Part shown: in pieces, positions 11,037 to 21,584 of the stretch
How the letters are laid out: each line of letters opens with the position of its first letter
Numbering within the stretch: the stretch's first letter is position 1
Assembly: GCA_963811105.1 (NCBI GenBank)
Contig: CAWEPZ010000010.1
Span: 1-64,000 of the forward strand
Source of the DNA: Candidatus Bathyarchaeota archaeon
GTDB taxonomy: Archaea; Thermoproteota; Bathyarchaeia; Bathyarchaeales; Bathycorpusculaceae
Reading direction: 5' to 3'
Length of the DNA stretch: 64,000 bases
Notes under the pieces: model-generated
The model's input: the letters and a program-made list of their open reading frames with translations, nothing else
Databases searched by the model: none
What the model was told of the DNA's origin: nothing
Position numbers and translations under genes: made by a program

Positions 11037-11115
11037 GGGCTCGTAGCCTAGCACGGATTAAGGTGTCGGCCTTCGGAGCCGGAGATCGTGGGTTCAAATC
11101 CCACCGGGCCCGCCA
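11037..11115 (+). tRNA. tRNA-Arg(TCG) with encoded CCA
   Basis: Acceptor stem GGGCTCG/CGGGCCC, anticodon arm TCGGC-CTTCGGA-GCCGG, T arm GTGGG-TTCAAAT-CCCAC, 3' GCCA. Confidence 0.95.
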
Positions 11116-11237
11116 TCATATATAAGAAAAAGTACTAGATTTTTTCCTATTCTACCTTCTTTTTTCTCTCAGCGTATGCTTTATACTTCTTCCGTGCATG
11201 TTTTGGCAAAGTATCTTCCAGCGGAGGCTCTGTCAAC

Positions 11238-11498
11238 ATGGCAACGCTCGAAGAACTACCTCGCAGAGACTGCGTTTTTTGGTGCGGACGCTGCACGGGA
11301 ACAAGTTGCATCTTGATCAAACGATGCATCTTTGCATCGGGTTACCGCTTCAAGTTCGACCGGTCTGTTACACTAGATATCCTGTTCATGTTTCAGGTGC
11401 AGCGGATGGGTTTCGTCGCTAAGGTTCACGGGGACGTTTTGTGTGGGCATATGCCTGAGTTCCCTCTTGCTGAGGCAAGCGTTGATGCAGGTATCTGA
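11238..11498 (+). pseudogene. Gene fragment, possibly a glycosyltransferase-like C-terminus
   Basis: GTSCILIKR..F....F...GFVAKVHGDVLCGH; its last 30 codons recur at 13843-13935. Confidence 0.4.
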
Positions 11499-12060
11499 GT
11501 TGTATAAGACTGTTTTGAGTTGCAGGAGCCCGCTTGGTAGCTATTGCTGGTTTGCTTATCTAACAACTTAACTCTAATGTGAAGCTGGGTGTATTTGACG
11601 TAACCCGCCTTATGATTTTAGTGATACTTTCAAGTTAAACACTAAGTTTTTTTTGAGCCAGAAGCCATTTACACAATAGTGAGGAGTCTGGTGCAGAAAT
11701 GGAGTCAATTGCATTAATTTATTGGTTGGGCGAATTAGCGAATAAGCGGTTCCGAACAATGCAAGGCCGGTCCTTTAGTTTGCACGTTTTGCGGGTCCAA
11801 AATCAAAGACGGCGAAGTATGTATCAAAAGAATCCACTGGTCGGGAACTAAACGGTCCGACTATGTTCACGAAAAATGTGATGATGTGAAAAGGTATTGA
11901 TTGACATGATCGAACAACATTTAGAACCAAAAAAAGAAAGCCCCCTATCCCCGACTAAAGCAATAGAAAAAACCATGTGTGACCTTTAAAGAAATCCGAA
12001 GAAATCACCGAAGGCTTAAGATTACCGCCTAAGGAATGGCGGGCTTTTTATCGCCTTCAA

Positions 12061-12246
12061 ATGGTTCTATGTTACTTTCCCAAAGAACAACCGTTCCACA
12101 CCACGGACCAAGAAGCCGAAGCCATCTTGGACTTGCGGAAAAGACACAATTATTCGATCGCGGACTTGGCGTTTATCTTTCAGCGGTCGAAACAAACAAT
12201 CTTTGAAGTGTTAAGAAAAAACAACATAGACACCCCCGAAAAATAG
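12061..12246 (+). CDS. Small HTH protein (probably the 3' part of a frameshifted gene starting near 11907)
   Basis: YSIADLAFIFQRSKQTIFEVL helix-turn-helix. Confidence 0.5.
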   Translation: MVLCYFPKEQPFHTTDQEAEAILDLRKRHNYSIADLAFIFQRSKQTIFEVLRKNNIDTPEK

Positions 12247-12345
12247 GAAAAACAACGTGTCCCAACAAAGCCCCCTATACTTCCGATTTGGAAAGGCATA
12301 AAAGAAAATTGTGCTGAAATAGGTCTATCTTGGTTAAGGGACAAA

Positions 12346-13077
12346 ATGTCATTTTATTATAGAAAACGTGGGTTTGGCGGATATGGTGAATACGGTTACA
12401 GTAGACCCCGCAAGCGAACCGACCCCGCAAAATTTGAAAAAGCCTATGAAATGCGGCATAATCCAACACGCGCGGAAGCGGCTATGTGGGAAATACTTCG
12501 CAAACAAGTCTATCGGAATTTTCCAAACCACATATTTCACCGCCAATACGTTCAATATGGCTACATTTTGGATTTCTATTGTCCAACCTTGCGGTTAGGT
12601 ATAGAAGTTGATGGTTCTATTCATGATAGTCAGAAAGAATATGATTGGAATCGGGATAACGTTCTTGCACGGCATAAGATTGAAATCCAAAGATACACCA
12701 ATGATGAAGTCCTATACAACCCTAACGAAACAGAATCTAGAATTTATCAGCTATTACAAACTAAAAGCACGCAAACGCAAGCGGCAAAAATTGGTTGTTT
12801 CATAGCAACAGCCGCTTTTGGGACCCCGATGGCACAAGAAATTAACATATTAAGACGATTTAGGAACCTAAAAATGGAACCAAACTTGGTTGGACGATGT
12901 TTTGTTCATGTTTATTACAATCTAAGTCCACCCTTAGCTGAAGTTATTTCAAAAAGCAATAATATGAAAGCCTTTGTAAGATTGACCTTAAAGCCAATTA
13001 TCCGATTCCTTGATAAGCAAATCAATAATAGCCAAAAGGGTAATACGCGCGCGCAAGAAGTCAAATCGAAAACTTGA
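12346..13077 (+). CDS. DUF559 (Vsr-like) endonuclease fused to a CFI-box-CTERM domain
   Basis: MRHNPTRAE..MW..LR, FHRQ, YILDFYC, IEVDG..H; C-terminal GCFIATAAFG...LRRFR...GR.FV..YY..SPP.A. Confidence 0.8.
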   Translation: MSFYYRKRGFGGYGEYGYSRPRKRTDPAKFEKAYEMRHNPTRAEAAMWEILRKQVYRNFPNHIFHRQYVQYGYILDFYCPTLRLGIEVDGSIHDSQKEYDWNRDNVLARHKIEIQRYTNDEVLYNPNETESRIYQLLQTKSTQTQAAKIGCFIATAAFGTPMAQEINILRRFRNLKMEPNLVGRCFVHVYYNLSPPLAEVISKSNNMKAFVRLTLKPIIRFLDKQINNSQKGNTRAQEVKSKT

Positions 13078-13130
13078 AACCACCAAATTTAAGAATCAAA
13101 CAGACACAATATTTGGATTAGGACAAACCA

Positions 13131-13664
13131 ATGATCGAAGATATTTGGTCCATTATAGGCTTATCTTCAATTATTAGCGCAATAGTTTCCATAACCTTAG
13201 GTTTCGTCAGCGCCTACGTACTTGAAAGAAGTCGTTTTGCAAGGGAACAAAAAACCACGCATTTAAAGAATCAGATTCAATTATTATCCCGCATGCATTC
13301 GGTTTTGGTTAGAATTCAAAAAAACGCAACCGATTTGCGATTCTACGAAGATGAAGAAAATGAAATAAAAGAATTGAACAGCGATATGAAAGGGGATACG
13401 ACGCTATTACCACAAGAATTATTTAACGATTGGAACGATATTTGGATTCACATCAGGGTTTGGGAACGCGAAGAAGACCCCAAGAAAAAGATAAGGTTGG
13501 GTGGCAATTTGGGGCTTAAATGGGATAGCATGATCGCGGAAATACAAGGCTATCATAATCACGTATTGCTTCCAAAATATCGAAAAATCGTTGGGGATAC
13601 AATTAACGACCTACGTGCAGAAAATTTTAGGGAAAGCCCTTTCACTAAGCGTGATGAAACTTAG
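13131..13664 (+). CDS. Hypothetical protein with N-terminal TM helix
   Basis: 177-aa ORF with a hydrophobic N-terminus. Confidence 0.6.
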   Translation: MIEDIWSIIGLSSIISAIVSITLGFVSAYVLERSRFAREQKTTHLKNQIQLLSRMHSVLVRIQKNATDLRFYEDEENEIKELNSDMKGDTTLLPQELFNDWNDIWIHIRVWEREEDPKKKIRLGGNLGLKWDSMIAEIQGYHNHVLLPKYRKIVGDTINDLRAENFRESPFTKRDET

Positions 13665-14399
13665 CACAAAATCCTTTCCTTTTTGACTAAAAAATGCGGC
13701 ACTTTTCTGTTTTAAAACTTTATTCTAGGTCTTTTAATTTAATAAAGGGACATCAATCATCATAATCAAAGAAAGGGACTTGTCCTTACTGAATAAACAA
13801 TAAAGTTTTCCCAACACGCCAAACTTACCTATTAAATGACTAATGGGTTTCGTCGCAAAGGTCCACGGCGACGTATTATGCGGCCATCTGCCAGAATTCC
13901 CCATTCCTGCAGCAAGTCCAAATTCAAGTATTTAATCAGTGCTAAATGATACTGTTTAGTATCAAATTTTCGATAATTCAATCATGTATCCCAACAAATT
14001 GGATACTCACTCGAGAAGAACTAACTTAATTTTATTGGTGCATTAGTGCTAGTATCGCTAATGCCATCTCAAGACATTAATGCTCAGACAGTTGATGTGT
14101 TTGAGTAGTAAGTATTGAGGTTTGGTGAATTTAGGCGGCAACTCTATCAAATAATGAGGAAGGGTTAATTCTTGGAATTGCGGAAGCATCCGGCGTAAGG
14201 GCAGCGTTTCTTCTAACTCAACCTATAGACCCAGCGGTCAAAGCTACTGTCTGCAGTATTCTTGGCTTGATAAGCGTTGCATTAAATGCTTTCTGGCTAA
14301 AATACGTGAACATTACGCAACCTCAGAAGCCTTCATCTATTTAGGCTCGACACCAGCTCACTTGCGGAGCTAGCGAGAACCCTCAAAGGATGAAAAACA

Positions 14400-14732
14400 T
14401 TGACTGACTACTGCGATATTAGCGATTTAGAAGAAGTCCTACGAACAGATATAACCACTGAGTTAGATGCTCTTGCGGACCGAGGCATAACCTCGGCTAG
14501 TGCAATGATCGATGCGCTTTTGAAAGTTAGTAATTTGACTGTTCCCGGTACTGTGCCTCAGCTGATTATGGAGGCTACTGCTTGGCTTGCCGCTTGGATG
14601 TTTAGGCGAACCAGTGATCCTGTCGGGGCTGAGGTATTCTGGAACGAATCCCAACGTTTCCTAAACCTTTATGTTCAAAATCAGGACGAAGGCGAAATCG
14701 CCTTCAAGGTGGGATCAGACTATCGTGATTGA
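14400..14732 (+). CDS. Putative viral head-tail adaptor (gp6/gp15-like)
   Basis: YCDISDL...ASAMID...VP..I.EAT..LAA pattern, upstream of an HK97 gp10-like gene. Confidence 0.55.
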   Translation: MTDYCDISDLEEVLRTDITTELDALADRGITSASAMIDALLKVSNLTVPGTVPQLIMEATAWLAAWMFRRTSDPVGAEVFWNESQRFLNLYVQNQDEGEIAFKVGSDYRD

Positions 14733-15159
14733 GATAAAAATCTCAACCCGCGGGCTAGACTTCAATGACGCGGTCAGCAAGATTAGTGGGCCGCTTAGGC
14801 AGAAACTTGTCGAGCGGCTGGCAGACGTTGCCTGGGCTAGCGCCTTTTGGGGAGCACCTCACAGAACTGGATATCTAGCCAGCACAATCACCAAAGAGGT
14901 CGGAGTTGGCAAGGCATCCGTTTCCGCTAACGCTTCTTACGCTCGATTTGTCGAGGAAGGCACTAGGCCTCATGAGATCCGCCCCATAAACGGACGCCTC
15001 TTAGTTTTTCAAGTTAGAGGCAAAACAGTTTTCACTCCTCTAGTTCATCATCCCGGAACGAAGCCTAATCCGTTCATGCACCACGCAGCTGAAGAGACCA
15101 GAGGCAGAGTTGAAGGCGTCTTTAATGACGTGTGGCAGGAGCTGATGGGTAACGCATGA
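14725..15159 (+). CDS. HK97 gp10-family tail-completion protein
   Basis: APHRTGYLASTI, YARFVEEGTRPHEIRP and HPGTKPNPFM motifs. Confidence 0.8.
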   Translation: MIEIKISTRGLDFNDAVSKISGPLRQKLVERLADVAWASAFWGAPHRTGYLASTITKEVGVGKASVSANASYARFVEEGTRPHEIRPINGRLLVFQVRGKTVFTPLVHHPGTKPNPFMHHAAEETRGRVEGVFNDVWQELMGNA

Positions 15160-15419
15160 ACTGTTACGCAGCGTATAAGGCAGTTTTTGACGCCGTTTAT
15201 CACGCGCTCCATTATGTTGCTCCAGTGGCTGGTACTCCAAAAGTTCTTGCTCATGACGATGTACCTGACGTTCCAGCGGTCCCTGCAGTAGCTGAATCCG
15301 GTGTCAAACCACTCAAGACTGTAATCTTTGGGGAACAGTTCTCTATCGGGAATTTGCCTAAGGCTATAATTAACGCTGGGCCTGCCCAATCGTACCTGGC
15401 TCGACGAGTACTTTTTTGA
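15156..15419 (+). pseudogene. Truncated viral tail-region gene
   Basis: Overlaps the gp10 stop (ATGA) and ends abruptly before AT-rich DNA. Confidence 0.4.
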
Positions 15420-16376
15420 AAGTCTCGCTAAACTTCATAGTTGTTTTAGCCCGATGGTTTGGTGCCTATCTTAGAAGGGGATGCGCCAGATTTCTTGGAT
15501 TTGCCAATCCAACAAAAATGCCGTATAAAGCCATAGGTAATTATAACATAAGCTAGAGTTTCTCTATAAGTGCCATAAGCAGCTCTGGAAATTGTTGTTA
15601 TTGAATTGATTTGAGACTGCTGGGGTATTTGACACGCGCAACTTTGAAAATATGGCTACAATGATTGCAGGAATAATAGGTGAGAGAGAAATACAGATTT
15701 TCCAATTTCTTATGAATTTCAGTAATTTCTTTTCTGCACTTAGGACATTTAACCATTTTTAGCGCACGTTAAAGAAAGGCTTTAGTCTGCACATAAAAGT
15801 GTTATGCACTGTTTTTCCTGATTTAAGGTTTCAGAAAGTTAAAAATAGATAATTCATCCATACATTGCCTGATTTCTGAATGAGAGAAAAGAAACCAAAG
15901 ATTACTTGGTTATTGCTCACAATAACTGCTAAAGCATCAATTGGTGGGTTACTAAAAATATATACACATTATTGCTCGATTTTTAGGTCGGGACCTATGG
16001 ATTAGATTTTTGCCAAAGACGCAATCAATCGCGGTCTTTTGGTCTTTAAGCCAAAAAGCTCTATTATGACTTCTGTGACATGAATAACTTTTCTAACTTT
16101 TGAGGCGCTTAAGACAATAATCGACTTTGGTGACTTCAATGATGTTCTCTTATGTTCTGTCGCAATTATCTGCTTAATAATTCTGATAAACAGATACACT
16201 AAAAAATAATGAAGGATGCAATTTCATTTTTGGGTTAACCTCCGCCCGCCTTAGGAGAAAAGAAAAATGTGGACATGTTTCTTAATTGCTTGCTATCAGA
16301 CCCTACTCGGTTTCTTGCTAATAGTTATTTGATTAATATTAAAGAAAAAGGGAATTAAGCTGTTTTGTCTGTAAAT

Positions 16377-18357
16377 TTATGGTCGCTTTTTAAGTATCAA
16401 CATTGTTGCTATGGCAACTGAGACCACAACTACAATGCTTATTCCGATTGCTGCAGCTGTGATTGCCATGGTGTAGTCTGTCGCTGCCTGTATTTGTGCT
16501 GGGGTTGTGCTTGAGGTAGGTGCTTCTGATACCGTTGCGTAGGTGTTTGCCCATGAACTACCGTACGAGTCGTCACCAGCAAAGCTTGCTGTAAGCTTAT
16601 ATTGACCAGAAATAGTGGGTGTCCAAGCGTATCCAAAGGATCCAGTCTCATCGCTGGTCGAAGTGCCAATATGTGCATAGTTTCCGTTAGGGTCAATAAC
16701 ATCTATTGAAACAGGAACGCCGCTTACAGTTATGTTATGGTAAACACCATCGATAGGCTTTTGCATATGTAGGTACTCCATGTAAGTCGTCATTGAGGCG
16801 TCTGATACGCATGCTTTGCCATTTTGAGCTGGAGATTTGTCAAGGACTGTGCCAGTAATAACAGCAGTTTGTCCCGAAGTGATTGCCATTTGAGGTGCCG
16901 TGATTGTCATTGCGCTTTGTCCTTTGCCAAACACGTACATGTACCCGTCATAAGCGTTTGAGCCTGTCAGGTAACCGTCGGAAACTGCTCCAGGTGTTCC
17001 CCAATTTCCGGTAATGTTCCATATGCCTTGGCCTGATGTTGCGTTTATGCAGAACAGTTTCCAGCCTCTTGTAATTGGTTGCGTCGGAGAATGTTCACTG
17101 TTAGCTACGTACAGTTTTCCATCAGCAACTATGCCGTTTGAATTCCATGAGTAGACGGTTGACTGGTTTTCATTGGTATAAGGTGTTTCGTAAGGATTAG
17201 CGGGCGCTTCAAATTTCCACACTATTTTGCCAGTATTCCAATCGAATGCAAAGACAGCATCATAAGACATTCTATAGAACAAGCCGTAAGCTGATTGTAC
17301 TCCATAAGCTCCAAAAGCATCCGATGACCAGGGGTAATCCATCTTTTCGCTTACCCATAATACTTTTCCACTGCTTAGGTCATAACATTTCCACCGCCCG
17401 GCGGAATCTCCAGTCATCATTAATACAGCAAGTTTTCCATGATCAGCGATAAAGGTTTCTAGGTTGTAAAGTTTTGCGTTTTCTGTTATATTCCATAGAA
17501 GGTTTCCTGTAATCAAGCTTGCAGCCACAATTTGCCAACTTGCACTTACGCCTGTTCCACTTGGTGTAGTACTCGCTTTGTTGGTTGCTATTCCAGATTC
17601 AAAATCAGCGTATCCCAGAGTTGTCAGGGGGAAACTTATGTTACTAAAGATTCTAGTTCTAAAGTCTGTGCTCGTTCCTGAGGTTGTCCAGTTAATCAGG
17701 CGTGTTCCAGCTACTGTATTATTTGTTTGAATGCTAAGTACGTAAGGATCCTGGTAGAAAGTGCCTGACATACCAGTTACGTTTAGAGTTATTGCTCCTG
17801 TCGTGGGGTTAATTTTTATGAGTCTGTCGCTAATCGATAAGAGGCTTATAGTATAGGATTGGTCCGCACCGCTACCTTCCACCGCACCAGTTGCTGGTCT
17901 ATAATAAGAGGTTACGGTCGGCGTAATTCCGCCTTGTGCGGTTGGAATTGCATAATACTGTTGCCCCGTTTGCAAATCATAACATACTGCGCAGCTAATA
18001 GGTACACCATTAATTGGCACTGTAAGTGTTTGATAGCATCTTCCTGCATAGATTACACTTGGGTTACCAGGACCACTACCTGTGTTGTATTGTCCAGCCG
18101 TTCCACCAATTAACCCTGCTATGTTGCCTTGCATTTTCCACACAATGTGCGAACTATTTGGAGCTTGGACGTATGGGGTGAAACCGTAAGTGCTCTGAAT
18201 GTATGGATTTGTGTCAGCTGGCCAGTTTGGACCACCACCTACTATACCTGTTCCTGGATAGTTACCCGCTATGGGCCACCATTCTCCATTTTCAGATGAA
18301 ATCGGTCGTGTCCAATAATCTGTTGGCAACGGTGCCAGGGGCCAAGATATCACTCCG
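16377..18357 (-). pseudogene. C-terminal part of a PQQ-like beta-propeller surface protein; N-terminal part lies at 52689-53248 (+)
   Basis: Starts mid-domain at SWPLAPLPTDYWTRP with no signal peptide; ADGKLY, SEHSPTQP and NAYDGYMYVFGKG motifs; C-terminal TM anchor. Confidence 0.85.
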
Positions 18358-18365
18358 AAGGCAAA
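18358..18365. other. Left inversion breakpoint (AAGGCAAA)
   Basis: Reverse complement of TTTGCCTT at 53241-53248; joining the two sites restores two ORFs in frame. Confidence 0.8.
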
Positions 18366-18437
18366 ATGAGGGCCAATACAAAGAAAAGATTAAAGAAAGC
18401 ACTAAAAAAATAGGCGTTCAATGAGGTTTATTCTTCG

Positions 18438-19838
18438 GTGGCTAAAATAACCAGGCAACCGCATATAGACAAAACGGTAGGGCGACCGCAATTAGTCCAA
18501 GAATTATCAAATCAGTGGATACTCTCCCCGTTCGTTCATGCCTTTAACATAAACGAATCCACCAAATGCCTATTCAACTCTTTAACCCTCAAAAAAATAT
18601 ACTTGGATAGCGAAAAATACGCCAAGCTCATAGCTGACGTAAGCACAACACAACCAAACGCCGAAGTGAAGAGTTTGATTGATCTAAAGTTTCTTGTGCC
18701 TAAAGGGTTTGATCCCAAACGAGTATTCGACAGCCTTGCAGGTAGTCTTCTTAGGAAAAAGCCTTGTCCAAGCATTTCTTATGTTTTGGATATGGATTTC
18801 TGCAATTTTAGATGCGGCTACTGCTTTATAGAAAATTCCTTAAACGAACGACCAAGCGTTGTAATGACTAAAGAAGTGGCTGACAAAGTCATAAACGTAT
18901 TAGGTAACGCTGCAAAAGATGTCAAAAAATACAGGGTCACCTTCTATGGCGGAGAACCACTTAGCAACAGTGAAATCGTATTTTACATAATTGAAAAACT
19001 TAATCAGGGCTCACCAAACAAATTTTCGTTTTCCTGCCTAACAAACGGAAGTCTAGTAACAGAAGAATTAGCCCAAAAACTCAAACAACAAAACGTTTCT
19101 GTAGGGTTGTCGCTTGACGGATGGGCAAATATCGACAAAAACCGCCGATTAACTAATGGAAAAGAAACAGTTTACTCAACATTAAAAGCGTTAAGCATTC
19201 TAAAACAAGCGGGCGTCGATTTAGGAATATCATGCACCATAACAAAACAAAACTACCAATATACCGAAGAAATTATTGATTTTTTTCATAAATTAGGTGT
19301 AAACAGTGTAGGCTTTAATTTGCTAACTAGGATAAAGGATGCCTATGAATTTGAGGTCCCTGATCCCAAACAATTGGCATATTATCTTTTTATGGCATAC
19401 CTAAAAGCAGAAAAGCTGCGCATGTTTGAAGACCGCATAGGCAAACGGCGAGCAAACTATTTCTTTAAAGAGATTTTTCATGTTTACGATTGCCCAGCGT
19501 TTGGAGAACAAATATTTTTCTCACCTACAGGAACAGTGGGACCTTGCCAGGCATTTTATCCATCAGGAAAATACCAAATTCCAATAACGGAAACTCTAAA
19601 CATTCACCAGGAACCGTTATTTTATAAATGGTTAGAGCTTGGCACCTTAAAAAATAAGCAATGCATGAATTGCCCAGCGATTGGAATTTGCGGAGGAGCA
19701 TGTGGCTATGATGTCTACATTAAGACTGGAAAAATCGGAATAAAAGAAAACTATTTTTGCACCTTCCAAAATGAAATACTCAAACTATTACTAACTTACA
19801 ATTATCTAGCCAGCGACAAAAAAACATTAAAGAAATAA
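18438..19838 (+). CDS. Radical SAM/SPASM peptide maturase
   Basis: CNFRCGYC, FYGGEPL, TNG and SLDG motifs; SPASM cysteines CPA..GPC..CMNC.....CGGAC..C; GAGGT RBS. Confidence 0.9.
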   Translation: MAKITRQPHIDKTVGRPQLVQELSNQWILSPFVHAFNINESTKCLFNSLTLKKIYLDSEKYAKLIADVSTTQPNAEVKSLIDLKFLVPKGFDPKRVFDSLAGSLLRKKPCPSISYVLDMDFCNFRCGYCFIENSLNERPSVVMTKEVADKVINVLGNAAKDVKKYRVTFYGGEPLSNSEIVFYIIEKLNQGSPNKFSFSCLTNGSLVTEELAQKLKQQNVSVGLSLDGWANIDKNRRLTNGKETVYSTLKALSILKQAGVDLGISCTITKQNYQYTEEIIDFFHKLGVNSVGFNLLTRIKDAYEFEVPDPKQLAYYLFMAYLKAEKLRMFEDRIGKRRANYFFKEIFHVYDCPAFGEQIFFSPTGTVGPCQAFYPSGKYQIPITETLNIHQEPLFYKWLELGTLKNKQCMNCPAIGICGGACGYDVYIKTGKIGIKENYFCTFQNEILKLLLTYNYLASDKKTLKK

Positions 19839-20010
19839 TCGGCTCCAAATCAGAGATAAAGTTTAAGGAAATGCCAAAGGACGACCCAAGAAAACGTTGC
19901 CCAGACATAAACAAACTCGAAAAACTTTCCCGTGGAAACCAACCGTCAACTTTGAAGAAGAACACAAAAAAACAATAACCTGGCTTAAACAAAAGCAGAT
20001 CAAAAATAAA
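19822..20010 (+). pseudogene. 3' remnant of a UDP-glucuronate decarboxylase / NAD-dependent epimerase
   Basis: Translates as IKEIIGSKSEIKFKEMPKDDPRKRCPDINKL (frameshift) WKPTVNFEE..KKTITW. Confidence 0.65.
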
Positions 20011-20018
20011 AAAAGTGC

Positions 20019-20337
20019 TAGAAAGCAGTTGCGCCGTCATCACTCTCCACTAATCTGGGTTGGCGAGCACTAAACCTGACTATGCTTATCTCATTTTGCG
20101 GCAACCAACTTTCCTCCGTTCTTGCCTTCGGCAGACGGAACATGACATTTGCAGACGCAACCAAAAAGCCCTCCAAAGCCTGTGAGGCAAAAGCAACCCA
20201 AAACAAGCCCGACGCTGAAAAGTGCAAAAAATACCTGATCATCTTCTATCAGACAAAGAATAATTAAGTAATTAGGCAGTAGTTGCGCCGTCATCGTTCT
20301 CTACTTATGTGGGGTTGGCGAGTACCTAAAGTTGTCT
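20019..20337 (+). repeat. Composite repeat X-linker-Y-X (sites X1, Y1, X2)
   Basis: X = AGTTGYGCCGTCATCRTTCTCYA-N6-8-GGGTTGGCGAGYACCTAAA; Y = GCCTTCGGCAGACG...TTTGCAGACGCAACC...TTCTATCAGACAA; the same unit is reverse-complemented at 55088-55386. Confidence 0.9.
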
Positions 20338-20453
20338 GCGCAGCATGTTTCATGCAATAGAAAATAATAATTAAGTCGCAACGAGCCATTTTTCATGCTC
20401 GCCAATAACCTGCTTGATGGTTGAAAAGAAATTGAGGAAAGTTTCTTTGCGGT

Positions 20454-20963
20454 TTATTTGTTTATGGCGATGTTGCCGGATGTGATTGGTGTTGGTTTCA
20501 TGGAGCAGTGTATTTGGCCATTTGGCTCGTAGAGTGTGATGCCGATTGTGTCTTTGGCTTTTGTGTTTGAGTCAAACGCTGTGATGGTGAATGTCCAGCC
20601 TTCTTGCCATGGGTTATTGTCCATTTTTACGGTGGCAGATCCAGTGAAGGTGGTTTGTAAACCTTTTTTGACTGATTCAACACTAAAACTCGCTATGGCG
20701 TTGCTTTTAATTATCATAAGGATTTGTTTGTCTTGCACGCAAACCAGGTGAAATGAGCCTTCGGGGCCATTTTTAGTGTCGAAGATGCTGAAATCAAAGT
20801 AATGCTTGTGAGTTATTCCTGATTCGTCATGGAGAAATACTCCTGCTCCAACAGCAAAAGATTTTTCGCAACTCTTGTTTGTTGGTTTTGCGTTTACTAT
20901 GGAGAGCGTCGCTGTGAGACTTAATATTATTACAATTGAGATGACTAAAGCTTTGCTTTTCAT
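20454..20963 (-). CDS. Secreted hypothetical beta-rich protein
   Basis: Signal peptide MKSKALVISIVIILSL; lies between repeat sites. Confidence 0.7.
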   Translation of the reverse strand: MKSKALVISIVIILSLTATLSIVNAKPTNKSCEKSFAVGAGVFLHDESGITHKHYFDFSIFDTKNGPEGSFHLVCVQDKQILMIIKSNAIASFSVESVKKGLQTTFTGSATVKMDNNPWQEGWTFTITAFDSNTKAKDTIGITLYEPNGQIHCSMKPTPITSGNIAINK

Positions 20964-21034
20964 TAAATTACCTCAGTTTTCTTATGTATGTTGATATAAT
21001 ATTGGTTTGTTGGTGGCAAGATACAGTTACAACC

Positions 21035-21183
21035 GCCTTTCAGCACACGAAACCTGACGTTTGCAGAGGCAACCAAAAAGCCTCCAAAGCCTATACAGCA
21101 AACGCAACCCAAACCTTCATGCACGCACGAAAACCCTGCTTCTTCTATCAGACAAAAAAATAAAGAATTAGGAAGTAGTTGTG
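21035..21183 (+). repeat. Repeat Y2 plus left part of X (X3, truncated)
   Basis: GCCTTTCAGCAC...TTTGCAGAGGCAACC...TTCTATCAGACAA...AATTAGGAAGTAGTTGTG. Confidence 0.8.
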
Positions 21184-21311
21184 AGAAGTTGCTGCTGCTG
21201 CCACTCGCTCCCTGCACAATAGTTGCAACAATCAACCCAACAAAAACTTCTTTTTAAAACGTCCAGAAACAATTATATTCTGGATTATCCAGATAACTTA
21301 GATGATCTGCA

Positions 21312-21584
21312 ATGTCAACAATCCTAGTAAAAAACCTGCCTGAAGAACTACTAAAAGAACTAAAACGGCTAAAAATAGAACTCGGCTGTAAAACCTGGGC
21401 AGACCTCCTATCAGAACTAGTCACCAGCGAAGAAACCCTGCTCAACGAAGAAAAAAATAGCGAAACCGAAATCGGCGTCAAAAACTTCCTAAACCTAAAA
21501 ACCGCAGTCTCAACCGAATGGAATAACAACCCAACCGTACTGCAAGAAACACGCAGGTCTAGACGACATGAAACAGCCAAGTAG
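21312..21584 (+). CDS. Antitoxin (VapB/RHH-like)
   Basis: MSTILVKNLPEELLKELKRLK; overlaps the downstream PIN gene. Confidence 0.75.
   Translation: MSTILVKNLPEELLKELKRLKIELGCKTWADLLSELVTSEETLLNEEKNSETEIGVKNFLNLKTAVSTEWNNNPTVLQETRRSRRHETAK

Larger units (their letters stand above)
8200..15420. mobile_element. Decayed provirus / integrative-element remnants flanking tRNA-Arg
   Basis: Virion neck genes, HTH genes, DUF559 and fragments around a tRNA; no integrase, capsid or terminase seen. Confidence 0.55.

Noticed and set aside
16377-18353. Treating the 658-aa ORF and 52689..53267 as two complete genes
   Set aside because: One lacks a signal peptide and N-terminal domain; the other ends in a spurious FFCFFF tail. 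They join in frame across the breakpoint.
20018-20294. Short ORFs over X/Y (also 55164..55394, 56313..56673, 61181..61378, 63002..63256)
   Set aside because: They are translations of the repeats; indels and stops differ between copies, so they are not convincing genes.
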